Source: an uncultured SAR86 cluster bacterium | Lineage (GTDB): Bacteria > Pseudomonadota > Gammaproteobacteria > Magnimaribacterales > D2472 | Assembly: GCA_964275585.1 (NCBI GenBank) | Contig: CAXYCJ010000011.1 | Coordinates: forward strand, 16,270-80,269 | Length of the DNA: 64,000 nt | Direction of reading: 5' to 3' | Notes under the pieces: generated by a model | Seen by the model: only the letters and a program-made list of their open reading frames with translations | What the model was told of the DNA's origin: nothing | The model's database searches: none | Shown here: piece by piece, positions 10,959-21,600 of the stretch | Layout: each line of letters begins with the position of its first letter | How positions within the stretch are numbered: position 1 is the stretch's first letter | Translations under genes and position numbers: made by a program

Positions 10959-12949
10959 TGAATATAAATTTTAAAAATTTAACAAAAATTTTCTTAGCCC
11001 TAATTACCTTTTTGATTATTATCTTTTATATTTTTGCAAAGGGCATAAATATAGTCATCTTGCCAAATAAAGCTTCTGTAAATGCCAACTTAACAATAGA
11101 AGAAGGAATTGGTTTCAAACTTTCAAATAGGTTCATTTTCTTCCCCGGCAATAAGAAAGTTTTAATAGAGTCGCCAGGCTTCTATGATCAACAATTAGCC
11201 TTTTCTGTAGATGCATCGAGTGATACCTACACAGTTGAATTAAGTAAGCTGCCTGGAAAAATTACATTCAATTTAATACCTATAATTGATTCTGATATTT
11301 ATATTGATGAGAAGTTAGTAACATCTCAATCAAGCTTATATTTAATTGATGCGGGGCAGCATTCACTAGAAATAAAAAATCCTTTATACATCACCCATAA
11401 ATCTGAAATATCAATTCTTGGGATGAATGAAGAGGAAGACTTATTTATTGAACTTATACCTAATTGGGCAGCAGTTGAGTTTAATTCTTTTCCTGGTGGA
11501 GCTGGGGTATACCTCTCAGATCATTATTTAGGAGACACGCCGCTAAAGAAAAATATCGTTGCAGGACTCCATGAAATTATTTATAAGAAAAATGGTTACG
11601 TTGATTTAATTACCATAGAAGAAATAGTGACAGGAATCTCTAGGGTTATAGATACAGTAAATCTTTCTCTGTTACCGGCAATGTTATCGATAGACTCAGA
11701 TCCTACTAAAGCAAGGGTTCTAATCAATAATAGTTTTGCTGGACTTACACCCATTAACAGTAAGTTAGCTCCCAATAAAAAAAATATCATATCCGTTGAA
11801 TTAGATGGATATAAAAAAGCCCAGAAATCAATTATTCTCGAATCAAATAATAATTCCACTCTTCAATTTAATCTAGAACCAGTGCTTGGAAAAATTTCAA
11901 TAGATTCAAACCTCCCAGCTGATATATATGTTGATGGTGATTTCCTTCAGGTCACTCCATATCACGGGACTTTGCATGCTATTAAACAAGAAATAAGCAT
12001 ACAAAAACAAGGCTATCGAACTTACATAAATACAATAAAACCGACTATAGAATTTGAAACAACAATTTCTGCATTTTTAATTACCGAAGAAAAAGCTCGT
12101 CTTAAGGAATCTCCTGATAAATATACGACAAAAGGAAAAAATCAAATGGTCTTACTGGAACCAGGATTGATTGAGATGGGCGCAAGAAGAAGCCAGATAG
12201 GACAAAGAGCAAATGAAACAATTCGCAGGGTTAACTTAACCAAGCCTTTTTATCTATCTATCCATGAGGTTACAAACTCTCAATTTTCTTTGTATACACA
12301 AAAGTACTCAATGAATAATGGAGTAACTACAGAGAACCTACCGGTGGTTAATATTTCTTGGAATGATGCCGCTTTATATTGTAACTGGTTAAGTCAAAAA
12401 GAAGGATTAAGTAATTTCTACCAAGTGACTAACACCAAAGTTACAGGATTTAATATAGCTTCAGAGGGTTATAGGATGCCCACAGAAGCAGAATGGTCGT
12501 GGGCAGCAAGAAGCATAAAATCAAAACAAGGCAAGTACCTGGTTTTTCCTTGGGGTGACAGTATGCCGGTTCCTGATGGCGCAGGGAATTTTGCAGACGA
12601 GAGTGCTAAAGGTACATCTCAATCTTATATTCCTAATTACTCGGATGGATTTTCCGCTCTAGCTTCAGTAGGCAGCTTTAATCCAAATGATAAGGGTATA
12701 TATGACTTAGGAGGCAATGTCAGTGAGTATGTTAATGACTTTTATTCAATTATGATTGATTCTAAAGTAACCTATACAGACTTAATTGGTCCATTGAAAG
12801 GAAGAGGTCATGTTGCCAAAGGTTCAAATTGGAAGTCTTCTAGTGTAACTGAATTAAGATATTCTTATCGAGACGAGTCTTCTGTAGGAGATGATGCGAC
12901 AGGTTTTAGGATAGCAAGATGGTTAATTGGAAAGGATAATGAAAGTTAG
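10958..12949 (+). CDS. PEGA-repeat protein with C-terminal FGE-sulfatase (SUMF1)-fold domain
   Basis: PEGA motifs (SFPGGAGVY..LGDTPL, SDPTKARVLINNSFAGLTP); FGE-fold motifs PVVNISWNDAALYCNWLS, RMPTEAEW, YDLGGNVSE, TGFRIAR. Confidence 0.9.
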   Translation: MNINFKNLTKIFLALITFLIIIFYIFAKGINIVILPNKASVNANLTIEEGIGFKLSNRFIFFPGNKKVLIESPGFYDQQLAFSVDASSDTYTVELSKLPGKITFNLIPIIDSDIYIDEKLVTSQSSLYLIDAGQHSLEIKNPLYITHKSEISILGMNEEEDLFIELIPNWAAVEFNSFPGGAGVYLSDHYLGDTPLKKNIVAGLHEIIYKKNGYVDLITIEEIVTGISRVIDTVNLSLLPAMLSIDSDPTKARVLINNSFAGLTPINSKLAPNKKNIISVELDGYKKAQKSIILESNNNSTLQFNLEPVLGKISIDSNLPADIYVDGDFLQVTPYHGTLHAIKQEISIQKQGYRTYINTIKPTIEFETTISAFLITEEKARLKESPDKYTTKGKNQMVLLEPGLIEMGARRSQIGQRANETIRRVNLTKPFYLSIHEVTNSQFSLYTQKYSMNNGVTTENLPVVNISWNDAALYCNWLSQKEGLSNFYQVTNTKVTGFNIASEGYRMPTEAEWSWAARSIKSKQGKYLVFPWGDSMPVPDGAGNFADESAKGTSQSYIPNYSDGFSALASVGSFNPNDKGIYDLGGNVSEYVNDFYSIMIDSKVTYTDLIGPLKGRGHVAKGSNWKSSSVTELRYSYRDESSVGDDATGFRIARWLIGKDNES

Positions 12950-13082
12950 TAAGAAAATATTATTGTTATTGATAGTAATATTCACTGCATTGTTTGTAAT
13001 AGCAGAAATTGAAACAAATAATGCTTCACCAGTAATTGAAGTCCCCCCAAGCGGTGATGAAGATTTCCCAACAAATATATAG
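12939..13082 (+). CDS. Small single-TM/secreted protein (47 aa)
   Basis: Below the ORF cutoff; AAAGGA RBS; MKVSKKILLLLIVIFTALFVIAEIETNNASPVIEVPPSGDEDFPTNI fills the gap in the operon. Confidence 0.7.
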   Translation: MKVSKKILLLLIVIFTALFVIAEIETNNASPVIEVPPSGDEDFPTNI

Positions 13083-13090
13083 GATTTATA

Positions 13091-13870
13091 ATGAATAAGA
13101 TAATTAAACAAGCAGATTTTCCAAAAGACTTTTTATTTCAAATAGTCTCTCTCTTTATCTCAATTATCGTTGTTCATACAATTTACTTATTATTTATTGA
13201 CCCATCAGCCGCTATGCAAGTTGCTCTGGCTGATAGCGAAAACAGAGCTCCTGATCGAACTCTCTCAATAATTCTAAAAGATTTTGAACAGGAAACTTGC
13301 ATCATGCTGGCTCTTTGGGCTTTATCAATTATCTACATTAAGTGGAAGGGTGCAAAAGAACAAACGGCACTCCTATCCTCAAATATTTTAAATGTTGAGC
13401 CAAATGATTATGTAACATCAGAGAATATAGCTCTGCTCCAACCAGATTTAGAATTACATGATAAAGGTTTAATCGTCAACGCTCTTCTTGCTGGCATGCA
13501 TAGTTTTCAAATCTCTAAAAATGTTCAGGAAGCTTCTTCATCAGCGCATATGGTATGCGATCAAGAGGCTGATAGGATGGAGTCTGAACTTTCAATGATT
13601 AGATATATAATTTGGGCAATACCTTCAATTGGTTTTATAGGCACTGTTCGTGGAATTGGTGAAGCTCTTTCTCAGGCTCATATAGCTGTAGAAGGTGATA
13701 TTGCAGGAATGACTGCTAGTTTGGGGGTAGCATTTAATTCTACTTATGTTGCACTGGTGGTGAGTATTTTCCTGATGTTTTTTTTACATCAACTTCAATT
13801 AATGCAAGATCTACTTGTGTTAGATTCACATGAATATTGCAATAAGCATTTACTTGGCAAGTTACGATAA
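13091..13870 (+). CDS. MotA/TolQ/ExbB proton channel family protein
   Basis: AIPSIGFIGTVRGI and LGVAFNSTYVAL TM motifs with the family's conserved Pro/Gly/Thr. Confidence 0.92.
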   Translation: MNKIIKQADFPKDFLFQIVSLFISIIVVHTIYLLFIDPSAAMQVALADSENRAPDRTLSIILKDFEQETCIMLALWALSIIYIKWKGAKEQTALLSSNILNVEPNDYVTSENIALLQPDLELHDKGLIVNALLAGMHSFQISKNVQEASSSAHMVCDQEADRMESELSMIRYIIWAIPSIGFIGTVRGIGEALSQAHIAVEGDIAGMTASLGVAFNSTYVALVVSIFLMFFLHQLQLMQDLLVLDSHEYCNKHLLGKLR

Positions 13871-13883
13871 TTCTTAAAGATTA

Positions 13884-14960
13884 ATGCGCAGGAAGAATTC
13901 TAGCTCAAGGTCTTTCAGTCCTTTTAACTTATCATTTCTTGATATTATGTCCTGCGGGCTAGGTGCTGTAATATTAATTTTTTTAATCCTAAAGCATGGA
14001 GACATAATTTCTCCAGATCAAACTAAGCTTTTAGAAAAAAATATCTACGACATAGAAAGTTCTATAGCAAAAACCTCAACTGACATTGACTCTAAGCAAG
14101 GCTCTATTGCAATACTTCAATCTAAGATACTTCAACAAAATGAAACTATAGATGATGCTCTTAATATATTAGATGCTAAAAAAACATTAAAAAACTCTCT
14201 GATTGAGGAAAATAAAAAAATACAGCAAAACTCAAACAAAATAGAAAATTTCCTACCAGACATTATAAGTAAATCTGGAGACGGAGAAAGGCAATATCTT
14301 ACTGGTCTAAAAATAGAGGGTAAAAGAATTGTTTATTTGCTTGATACTTCGGCAAGCATGCTTGATGAAAATGTTCAAAAAATATTTCGACTTTCATTCA
14401 TGAGTGATCAGCAAAAAAATAGCTCACATAAATGGAAGAGAGCTAAAAGTATTTTAACTTGGTTGGTGGCAAGACTTCCCCAGGACAGTCAATTTACAAT
14501 TTTAACATTTAATGAAGTTGTAACATTCCATTCTTTAGAAACATGGGCAGATGCTGGAAATCCTTCAGATGTTTCTAATGCTTTAGATAGCGCACTTCAA
14601 GAAATACCACAAAATGGAACAAACCTAGAAAAAGCACTTATAGCTATTAAGAGAATGAACCCACCCCCTGATGGTGTGTACATTATTACTGATGGGCTTC
14701 CGACTATTGGAGAGCCGCTTAGTAAGTTGAGCACAGCTCTAAAGACAAGAGACTGTCTAAAGCCTAGAGGGAGAATTACTTCTCAGTGTAGACATGTTAT
14801 TTTTGAAAAGGCTAAGGAGAAATATCTCAATGGAAAAATTATAAAGACATCCACTATATTACTTCCACTTCAAGGCGATCAAAGAGCTGCTTCTGATTAC
14901 TGGAATCTTGCATTGCAGTCTGGAGGTATGACAATTAGCCCTTCAAGAGATTGGCCTTGA
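13884..14960 (+). CDS. vWA-domain protein with N-terminal ExbD/MotB-like TM helix and coiled coil
   Basis: LSFLDIMSCGLGAVILIFLI; MIDAS LDTSASM...NGTNL...ITDGLP. Confidence 0.88.
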   Translation: MRRKNSSSRSFSPFNLSFLDIMSCGLGAVILIFLILKHGDIISPDQTKLLEKNIYDIESSIAKTSTDIDSKQGSIAILQSKILQQNETIDDALNILDAKKTLKNSLIEENKKIQQNSNKIENFLPDIISKSGDGERQYLTGLKIEGKRIVYLLDTSASMLDENVQKIFRLSFMSDQQKNSSHKWKRAKSILTWLVARLPQDSQFTILTFNEVVTFHSLETWADAGNPSDVSNALDSALQEIPQNGTNLEKALIAIKRMNPPPDGVYIITDGLPTIGEPLSKLSTALKTRDCLKPRGRITSQCRHVIFEKAKEKYLNGKIIKTSTILLPLQGDQRAASDYWNLALQSGGMTISPSRDWP

Positions 14961-15979
14961 TGAGCAGACAAAAGAGAAGAGGAGCCGATATATTTAGCTT
15001 ATCTTTTCTAGATATTATTGCTTGTGGATTTGGGGCAATTGTTTTACTTCTATTGATTGTGAAACCAAATGATCCAAATACTAATGCATTAGTTAATAAT
15101 ACCTCTATAAATAATTTATTTACCCTTCAAGATAAAAAGAAACTTTTAGATGAGGAAGTTGCTGAGCTAACTCTAATAATCAATAATTTAGAAGAATCAC
15201 TCACTCTTAAAATAGATCAAGAGATTGACATTCTTGAAGAAATTAAATCTGTAGAGAAGCAGAAATCAATAGTGGCCTCTATTCAAGAGCAGCTAAATAT
15301 TGCGCAACAAACCCTAACAGATGAAATGAATAGAATAATCGAAGGCAATGATAGAGATGATGAGGTGGGTGGTATACCAGTTGATAGTGAATATATTATC
15401 TTTGTTATTGATAACTCCGGCAGCATGGAGTCTCCTTGGAGATATGTTATCAATGAAATGAAGAATATTATGGATATACACCCTACAATCAAAGGAATTC
15501 AAGTAATGAATGATCAAGGGTATTATCTTATGAAGAGCAGGGCAGGAAAAGGTCAGTGGATACCGGATACATTGTCAACCAGAAATGGTATTTTAGAATT
15601 ACTTCAAAATCGAAGTAGCTGGAGAGATCGATCTATGAGCAACCCTGTAAAAGGTATAACCACTGCAATAAAAAATCATTATATCGAAGGAAGAAAAATA
15701 AGTATTTATTTGCTTGGGGATGACTTGATGTCATCAAGCGTTGATCTTACTATCAATCAAATTGATAAAATTAATACCGATCAATTCTCTGGTAAAAGGA
15801 AGGCTAGAATTCATGGCATTGTTTTTGCGGGTCAGGCCCATGCCAATTTAATCACTTATCCAAATTTTATTAGACAGCTCACACTAAGAAATGAAGGCAC
15901 GGCTCTTTTTATACCTATAGACAATCATGGCGGATGGAAGGACTGCTCTGCAGGTAATTGTGGTTGGGTAAGTGATTGA
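14960..15979 (+). CDS. Second vWA-domain protein with N-terminal ExbD/MotB-like TM helix
   Basis: LSFLDIIACGFGAIVLLLLI; VIDNSGSM MIDAS; TGATG overlap at 14958-14962. Confidence 0.88.
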   Translation: MSRQKRRGADIFSLSFLDIIACGFGAIVLLLLIVKPNDPNTNALVNNTSINNLFTLQDKKKLLDEEVAELTLIINNLEESLTLKIDQEIDILEEIKSVEKQKSIVASIQEQLNIAQQTLTDEMNRIIEGNDRDDEVGGIPVDSEYIIFVIDNSGSMESPWRYVINEMKNIMDIHPTIKGIQVMNDQGYYLMKSRAGKGQWIPDTLSTRNGILELLQNRSSWRDRSMSNPVKGITTAIKNHYIEGRKISIYLLGDDLMSSSVDLTINQIDKINTDQFSGKRKARIHGIVFAGQAHANLITYPNFIRQLTLRNEGTALFIPIDNHGGWKDCSAGNCGWVSD

Positions 15980-15996
15980 TAAAATTCATTAAAAAT

Positions 15997-17004
15997 TTAT
16001 TTTATTAAGGCAATAATCTCAAGATGCTGTGTATTGGCAAACTGATCAAATATAGCTATTGATTTAATCTCTCTATTTAACTCTTTTAGGTCTCTTATAA
16101 AGGTATCTGGATTGCACGATATATAGATCATGTTTTTAAATTGTGCTGACAAGTTAATAGTTTCCTCACTGAGGCCAGCTCTCGGGGGATCAACTAAGAT
16201 GTGGCTGAAATTATAAGAGTCTAGGTCTATATTTTCTAACCTGCGAAAAGGTCGATCTTTTGCCAGAGCAGATGCAGTTTCATCACCTGATAAACGACCT
16301 ATCTTAATATTAGATATAGAGTTTAGTTCTATTGATTCCTTAAGAAGTCTTATAGAGTGGCGATTATTTTCTGTAGCAAAAATTTTATTAAATTGTGATG
16401 CTAGAGCCAGGGTGAACCCACCGCAACCACAATAGAGCTCCAGTAAATCTTTTGGCTCCTCAAGCTGATCTAAAATAAATTTCATCATTAGCGGGTAAAG
16501 ATAGATGTTAGGCTGAAAGAATACTAAGTCATTTTGTAGAATTTTAAAACTTGAGTTATTGATCACGTAAGTTATTTCAAGGTTTTCTCGACCAATCAAA
16601 ACATTAGTTTTTTTGCTGCGACCGATAATCGATATATTTGATAGAGCATTCTGAATTTTCTTTGCTTCGGCTATCCATTCGTCGTCCAATTGCCTGTGGT
16701 AAATCAAAGACGCTAGAACGTTTGTGCCTGATGTTCTAAAATTTACTTGGAATAATTTTTGCTTAATTATGTCGTTAGAACGTATAAGAAGAAGCAGTTC
16801 GTTCATGACTTTCTGAATACTTAGGTGTGTAATATCGTAGCTATTCATAAAGACTTTCCTACCATCCCTTATCATTGTGTAAGAATCTTTTGAAAAGCCA
16901 AACTCACTTCTTGCTCGATAACCAGAGGCAGGTGAGGTATATATCAAAGGCTTTAAATCTGTATGTTTAACTAGATCTGCACAGAATTGAGAAAACTTAT
17001 TCAT
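15997..17004 (-). CDS. trmA: tRNA (uracil-54-C5)-methyltransferase
   Basis: YRARSEF, FFQPN, LLELYCGCGGF, VDPPRAGL, YISCNP, FDQFANTQHLE. Confidence 0.9.
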   Translation of the reverse strand: MNKFSQFCADLVKHTDLKPLIYTSPASGYRARSEFGFSKDSYTMIRDGRKVFMNSYDITHLSIQKVMNELLLLIRSNDIIKQKLFQVNFRTSGTNVLASLIYHRQLDDEWIAEAKKIQNALSNISIIGRSKKTNVLIGRENLEITYVINNSSFKILQNDLVFFQPNIYLYPLMMKFILDQLEEPKDLLELYCGCGGFTLALASQFNKIFATENNRHSIRLLKESIELNSISNIKIGRLSGDETASALAKDRPFRRLENIDLDSYNFSHILVDPPRAGLSEETINLSAQFKNMIYISCNPDTFIRDLKELNREIKSIAIFDQFANTQHLEIIALIK

Positions 17005-17169
17005 TTATATCAAATTAATAGCGAGTATAATAAATAAAATAAACGTTACGTTGAGGCATATAAATAGAATGATAAATTTAGTGACGGTTAACTTGTTTAA
17101 GTCAACTTCCAAATCACTAGATTTACGCACACCTAATAACGAAGCTAATATTCTTTTGATCCACATAAT

Positions 17170-17772
17170 ATGAAAAGTCAGATTATCACAATAACAAATA
17201 CTGCTGAGGATTATCTATCAAACCTCATAGCTGAAAAAAATGAACCCGGTACAGCCGTTAGAGTTTTTATTTCTGATCCAGGTACACCTAATGCAGAAAC
17301 CTGTTTGGCTTATTGCAAACCTGATGAAGTTGTTCCTTCAGATGTATTAATTTCAATGCCCAAACTCTCTGTTTATGTTGAAGAACGCAGTATCCCATTC
17401 CTTGAAGACGCAGAAGTAAACTATGATATTGATAATTTTGGTGGTCAATTAACCATTAAAGCACCCAATGCCCGTTTGCCTAATGTTTCCGATGACAGCC
17501 CGCTTGAAGATAGAGTCAACTACATTATCTACAATGAAATTAATCCCATGCTTGAATCTCATGGTGGTGTTGTTAGCTTATCTGAGATAACCGAAGACAT
17601 GTTTGCAATTCTTCAATTTGGTGGAGGATGCCAAGGTTGTGGGATGGTTGATGTAACCCTGAAGGATGGTATTGAAAAAACATTGCTTGAAAAGCTCCCA
17701 GAGCTCTCTGGCGTTAAAGATATGACAGATCACTCAATGGATGAAAATGCTTTTTACAAAGACGAATCGTAA
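17170..17772 (+). CDS. nfuA: Fe/S biogenesis protein NfuA
   Basis: PGTPNAETCLAYC, INPMLESHGG, FGGGCQGCGMVDVTLKDGIE. Confidence 0.95.
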   Translation: MKSQIITITNTAEDYLSNLIAEKNEPGTAVRVFISDPGTPNAETCLAYCKPDEVVPSDVLISMPKLSVYVEERSIPFLEDAEVNYDIDNFGGQLTIKAPNARLPNVSDDSPLEDRVNYIIYNEINPMLESHGGVVSLSEITEDMFAILQFGGGCQGCGMVDVTLKDGIEKTLLEKLPELSGVKDMTDHSMDENAFYKDES

Positions 17773-18632
17773 ACAGCTACAATAATTCCCATCTTCGGAT
17801 GATCAAAATAATGTGACTCATTCTTAAAAATTCTTCTGTCCTCTTTTAAAATAAACTCAACCATGCCCTTTCGTATTTCCTTTTGATTTGGTTGGTTTGG
17901 CTCTTCCAAGATTGGCTCACCTAAATCTATTCCATACAAGATCTCTGGGTTAAATGAAATGTCATGCATCGTTATATCTTTTGGAATGGACTGTATTAAG
18001 GACTCTAACTTAATCCGACTAATCACTTCTGTGTTTGGATTGCTCTGAAGGTTCCCATTAATATAACCAATCAGGTCAAGATGAAGATATCTGCTCTGAT
18101 ATAACTTAAGAATTAAACCATTTTTATTAAATTGTTCGTGAATATAGGGCGCCTCAGCCATTGAAAGAGCAGGTTGTAACCATGAGACTTTATGCAAAAT
18201 TTTATATTCTTTTCTTCTCTTAAGTCTTGAATGAATATTTGAGAGTTGATTTAGCTCTGAGTTCATAACGAACCACTTATCTCGTTTCATTTGTATAATT
18301 GGATGAGGCTTGTTAATGATTGTATCGACTGATGGTTTCTTATTTACTTCAACTTGAGTATCTATGGGTTTAAAAACATCTATTTGATCAAATGCAAATG
18401 ATTTATCTATAGCATCAGTATTAAGGGTGAGCTGTTCCTCTGTACTCAAAGATATTAAATTTTTACTCGTAATATCAAGTTCAAATGGATTAAGTGCTTC
18501 TTCGGTTTCTAGCTCCAATTGCTCAAAAACAATGACCTCGATTATATATTCTTTAATTTCTTTGTCTTGGCCATAGGACGTGAGAGGTACTATGAGGTAG
18601 AAAATGCAAAGAAATAATTTATGACAGTTCAT
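17754..18632 (-). CDS. CsiV-like periplasmic protein
   Basis: YIIEVIVFEQ, LHKVSWLQP, LYQSRYLHLD, ESHYFDHPKMGIIV; directly downstream of mfd. Start set at ATG 18632. Confidence 0.8.
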   Translation of the reverse strand: MNCHKLFLCIFYLIVPLTSYGQDKEIKEYIIEVIVFEQLELETEEALNPFELDITSKNLISLSTEEQLTLNTDAIDKSFAFDQIDVFKPIDTQVEVNKKPSVDTIINKPHPIIQMKRDKWFVMNSELNQLSNIHSRLKRRKEYKILHKVSWLQPALSMAEAPYIHEQFNKNGLILKLYQSRYLHLDLIGYINGNLQSNPNTEVISRIKLESLIQSIPKDITMHDISFNPEILYGIDLGEPILEEPNQPNQKEIRKGMVEFILKEDRRIFKNESHYFDHPKMGIIVAVYDSSL

Positions 18633-21600
18633 GTAAAAGACTGGATAAAGCTTCTCTTTTATTTTCATAGGCCGCCATATCAATGCTTAATTTATTTTCA
18701 TCAATAAGTTTAATTTTATTTGAGCTTGTTTGAATCATTGCTATTAGTTTTCTATACACCTCATCACTGAGAGAGTTATAAAAGGTTAGCAGGGCATTTT
18801 CTTTATTGCTATATATTTTCTTAATCCCAATGTTATTGGCCAAGATTCTTAACTTCGAGTTTTCAACTAAATTCAATACATCAAGTGAGGGTTTACCACA
18901 GCGGTCCATCAGATCGCTTAATATAAGATTAATCTCAGTTTCATTGCTAGCATCATTCAAGGCTCTATAGACCTTCAATCTTTCGTTGGCTACAGGCATA
19001 TACTCGGTAGGAATGAGAGCGCGATCATTGAAGTTGATTTCTGAATCTAATGCAATTTCTGTTTTAATTCCTTTTAAATCATTCACAGCATTTTTTAGCA
19101 TAGATAGATACATAGACAAGCCAATTACTTCTATGTGACCGCTTTGTTTAATACCCAAGAAGTCACCCGCACCTCTAATTTCTAAATCTTCTTGAGCTAT
19201 AAAATAACCCGAGCCCAGGTCTGAATATCTCACCAAGGATTCAAGTTTTGCTTTAGCATTTTTTTTAATATCAAGAATGGGAATAAGTAAGTAGCAATAT
19301 GATTGACGCAATGACCTGCCAACCCTACCTCTTAATTGATGTAATTGAGATAGACCAAAGTTTTGAGCATCTAGAACTATAATGGTATTTGCATTTGGTA
19401 TGTCGAGACCCATCTCAACGATGGTTGTACATATCAAAATATCGATAGAATTATTATTAAATGAATCCATGGTTTGAGATATTTCATTTTTATTCAGTTT
19501 GCCATGAGCTATGCCAATTTTTGCTGATGGATGAAGTTCCTGCATATTATTTTTTAAATTCTCCATCTTTCCAATATTGTTTTGAACTATAAATATTTGT
19601 CCACCACGTGAAATTTCTCGATCAATAGAATTTTTTATGATCTGATTATTCTGAACATTTAAAAAGGTTTTAACACTTAAGCGCTCTAGTGGTGGGGTGT
19701 AAAGGTACGAAAAATCCTTAAGGCCTGAGTAAACTAGATTTAATGTTCTTGGAATTGGAGTTGCGGACATATATAAGATATGTGTAGTCGTCTGCCTTGA
19801 TTTAATGATTTCTTTTTGCTTGGTACCAAACCTATGTTCTTCATCTATAACCAATAGACCCAGATTAGATAGTTCAATCTCATTATTTAAAAGCGCATGA
19901 GTTCCTATAAGGATATCTATTCTTCCAGTTTTAAAGTCTTCATATAATTTAAGCCTAGCTTTGGGTGCTGTATGTCTAGTTAAGAGAGATATATTGACTG
20001 GAAAATTTATAAAACGCTTTGTAAAGCTTTCTAAATGCTGTTTAGATAAAACAGTACTGGGCGCTAAAATCATTGCTTGTTTTTTTGCTTGTACGCAAAC
20101 AAAGGCAGCTCGCATGGCAATTTCTGTTTTTCCGAAACCCACATCCCCACAAATGACTCTGTTCATTGGTTTTATAAGAGAAATATCTTTTAAAACATCG
20201 TCAATGCAGCTAACTTGATCCTTAGTTGGAATGTAGGGGAAATCACTTATAAATTTTTTGTATTCATCCGGATGACATATCAGCTGATAGGATGAAGAGA
20301 TGGCTCGCCTTGATTCGATGTCAAGTAATTCAGCAGCATGGTCTTTGGCCTTTGCTTCAGCTTTGTCCTTTTTTTGCCTCCATTTTGTAGAGGAAAGTGA
20401 ATCCAGGTGCATATTTTCAACATGTGATACTTGGTATTTTGAGATGAGATATGCTTGGCGAATCGGTACATATAATAATTCTTTATCCAAGTACTCTATT
20501 TGTATAAATTCTTCTTCATTGGTATTAGTTTTGAGCAAAGTAAGACCTTTGTAAATTCCCACTCCATAATCTACATGAATAACAAACTCATCATCCAGGA
20601 AAGGGTTTTGAAATTTAGTGATTAAAGAAGCTTGAGGTGAAGATTTATGGTGGAAGACCACATCTTGACCTAGATAATTATCTACATTGAAATATGTATA
20701 CGATTTCTTGGTATCAACTAAAAATCGAGTTGGTTTATGCAAACAACTAAACATTCCATTTGTTGATGTAAATGGAAATTCAGCTTTTTTGAATTCATAT
20801 TTTTTATTTAATTTATCTAATTTAGTTTGCTCAGATGTTGTAACTAACAATGTTTTAATTTCATTGTTTTTGCACTTGGTTATCAATCTTTTTAATTGTT
20901 CATCAGATTCAAGGTTTTGATCAAGATCACCATTGGATTGATCTCTTTTAATATCATTAGCATTATCAAGATATACATTTAATGAATCCAATAAAAAAAA
21001 GTAATCTTCTGGTTTTAGAACTGGTCTTAATGCATCTATTGCTTCCTCAGAATACCTTTCAGATACATAAGATGCGTAATTCTGCATGGATTGTTTGAAA
21101 TTTGGTCCATGCATCAATTTAAACCCATCAAAATAATCAATTAAATTAGAATTCTTATCTTGCAGCAGAGTCATATATATTTCATAGCCATCGGGCAAAA
21201 GGCCTGAAGAAATAGATTGAAAAAGCTCACAATATCTTTCATCATATTTCTGGAAGTAATTCCTCCAATTATCTTTAAATCTTTTGATAGAAATATCATC
21301 TAATGCAATTTCAGATCCGTGAAATAATTGAATAGAGTGAAGCTTTTCTGTCATGGCTTGCGAGTCAACATCAAATCGTCTTATTTCATCAATTTCATCT
21401 CCAAAAAAATCTACCCTAATTGGGGTTGAGTAAAAGGTTGAATAAAGATCCACCACACCGCCTCTAATAGTGAATTGGTTGATAGATTCAACTTTATCAA
21501 CTCTTTCATACCCCAAAGCCAATAAATTCTCTCCAAGCTCCTTAATAGTTAATTTATCTCCTGTATTAAATAATTTGCGAGATGTAAAAAATTTCTTAGA

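Noticed and set aside
12100-12949. DGR target (FGE/CLec fold)
   Set aside because: No reverse transcriptase and no template repeat with adenine-specific mismatches seen in the window.
13091-15979. Zorya, flagellar MotAB or standard Tol/Ton system
   Set aside because: No long ZorA tail, no OmpA-like peptidoglycan-binding domain, and no tonB/tolA/tolB/pal; the partners are vWA proteins.
17087-17106. Imperfect palindrome GTTAACTT-GTTT-AAGTCAAC upstream of nfuA as an IscR site
   Set aside because: Spacing is one base off the type-1 IscR consensus and the context is AT-rich; too weak.
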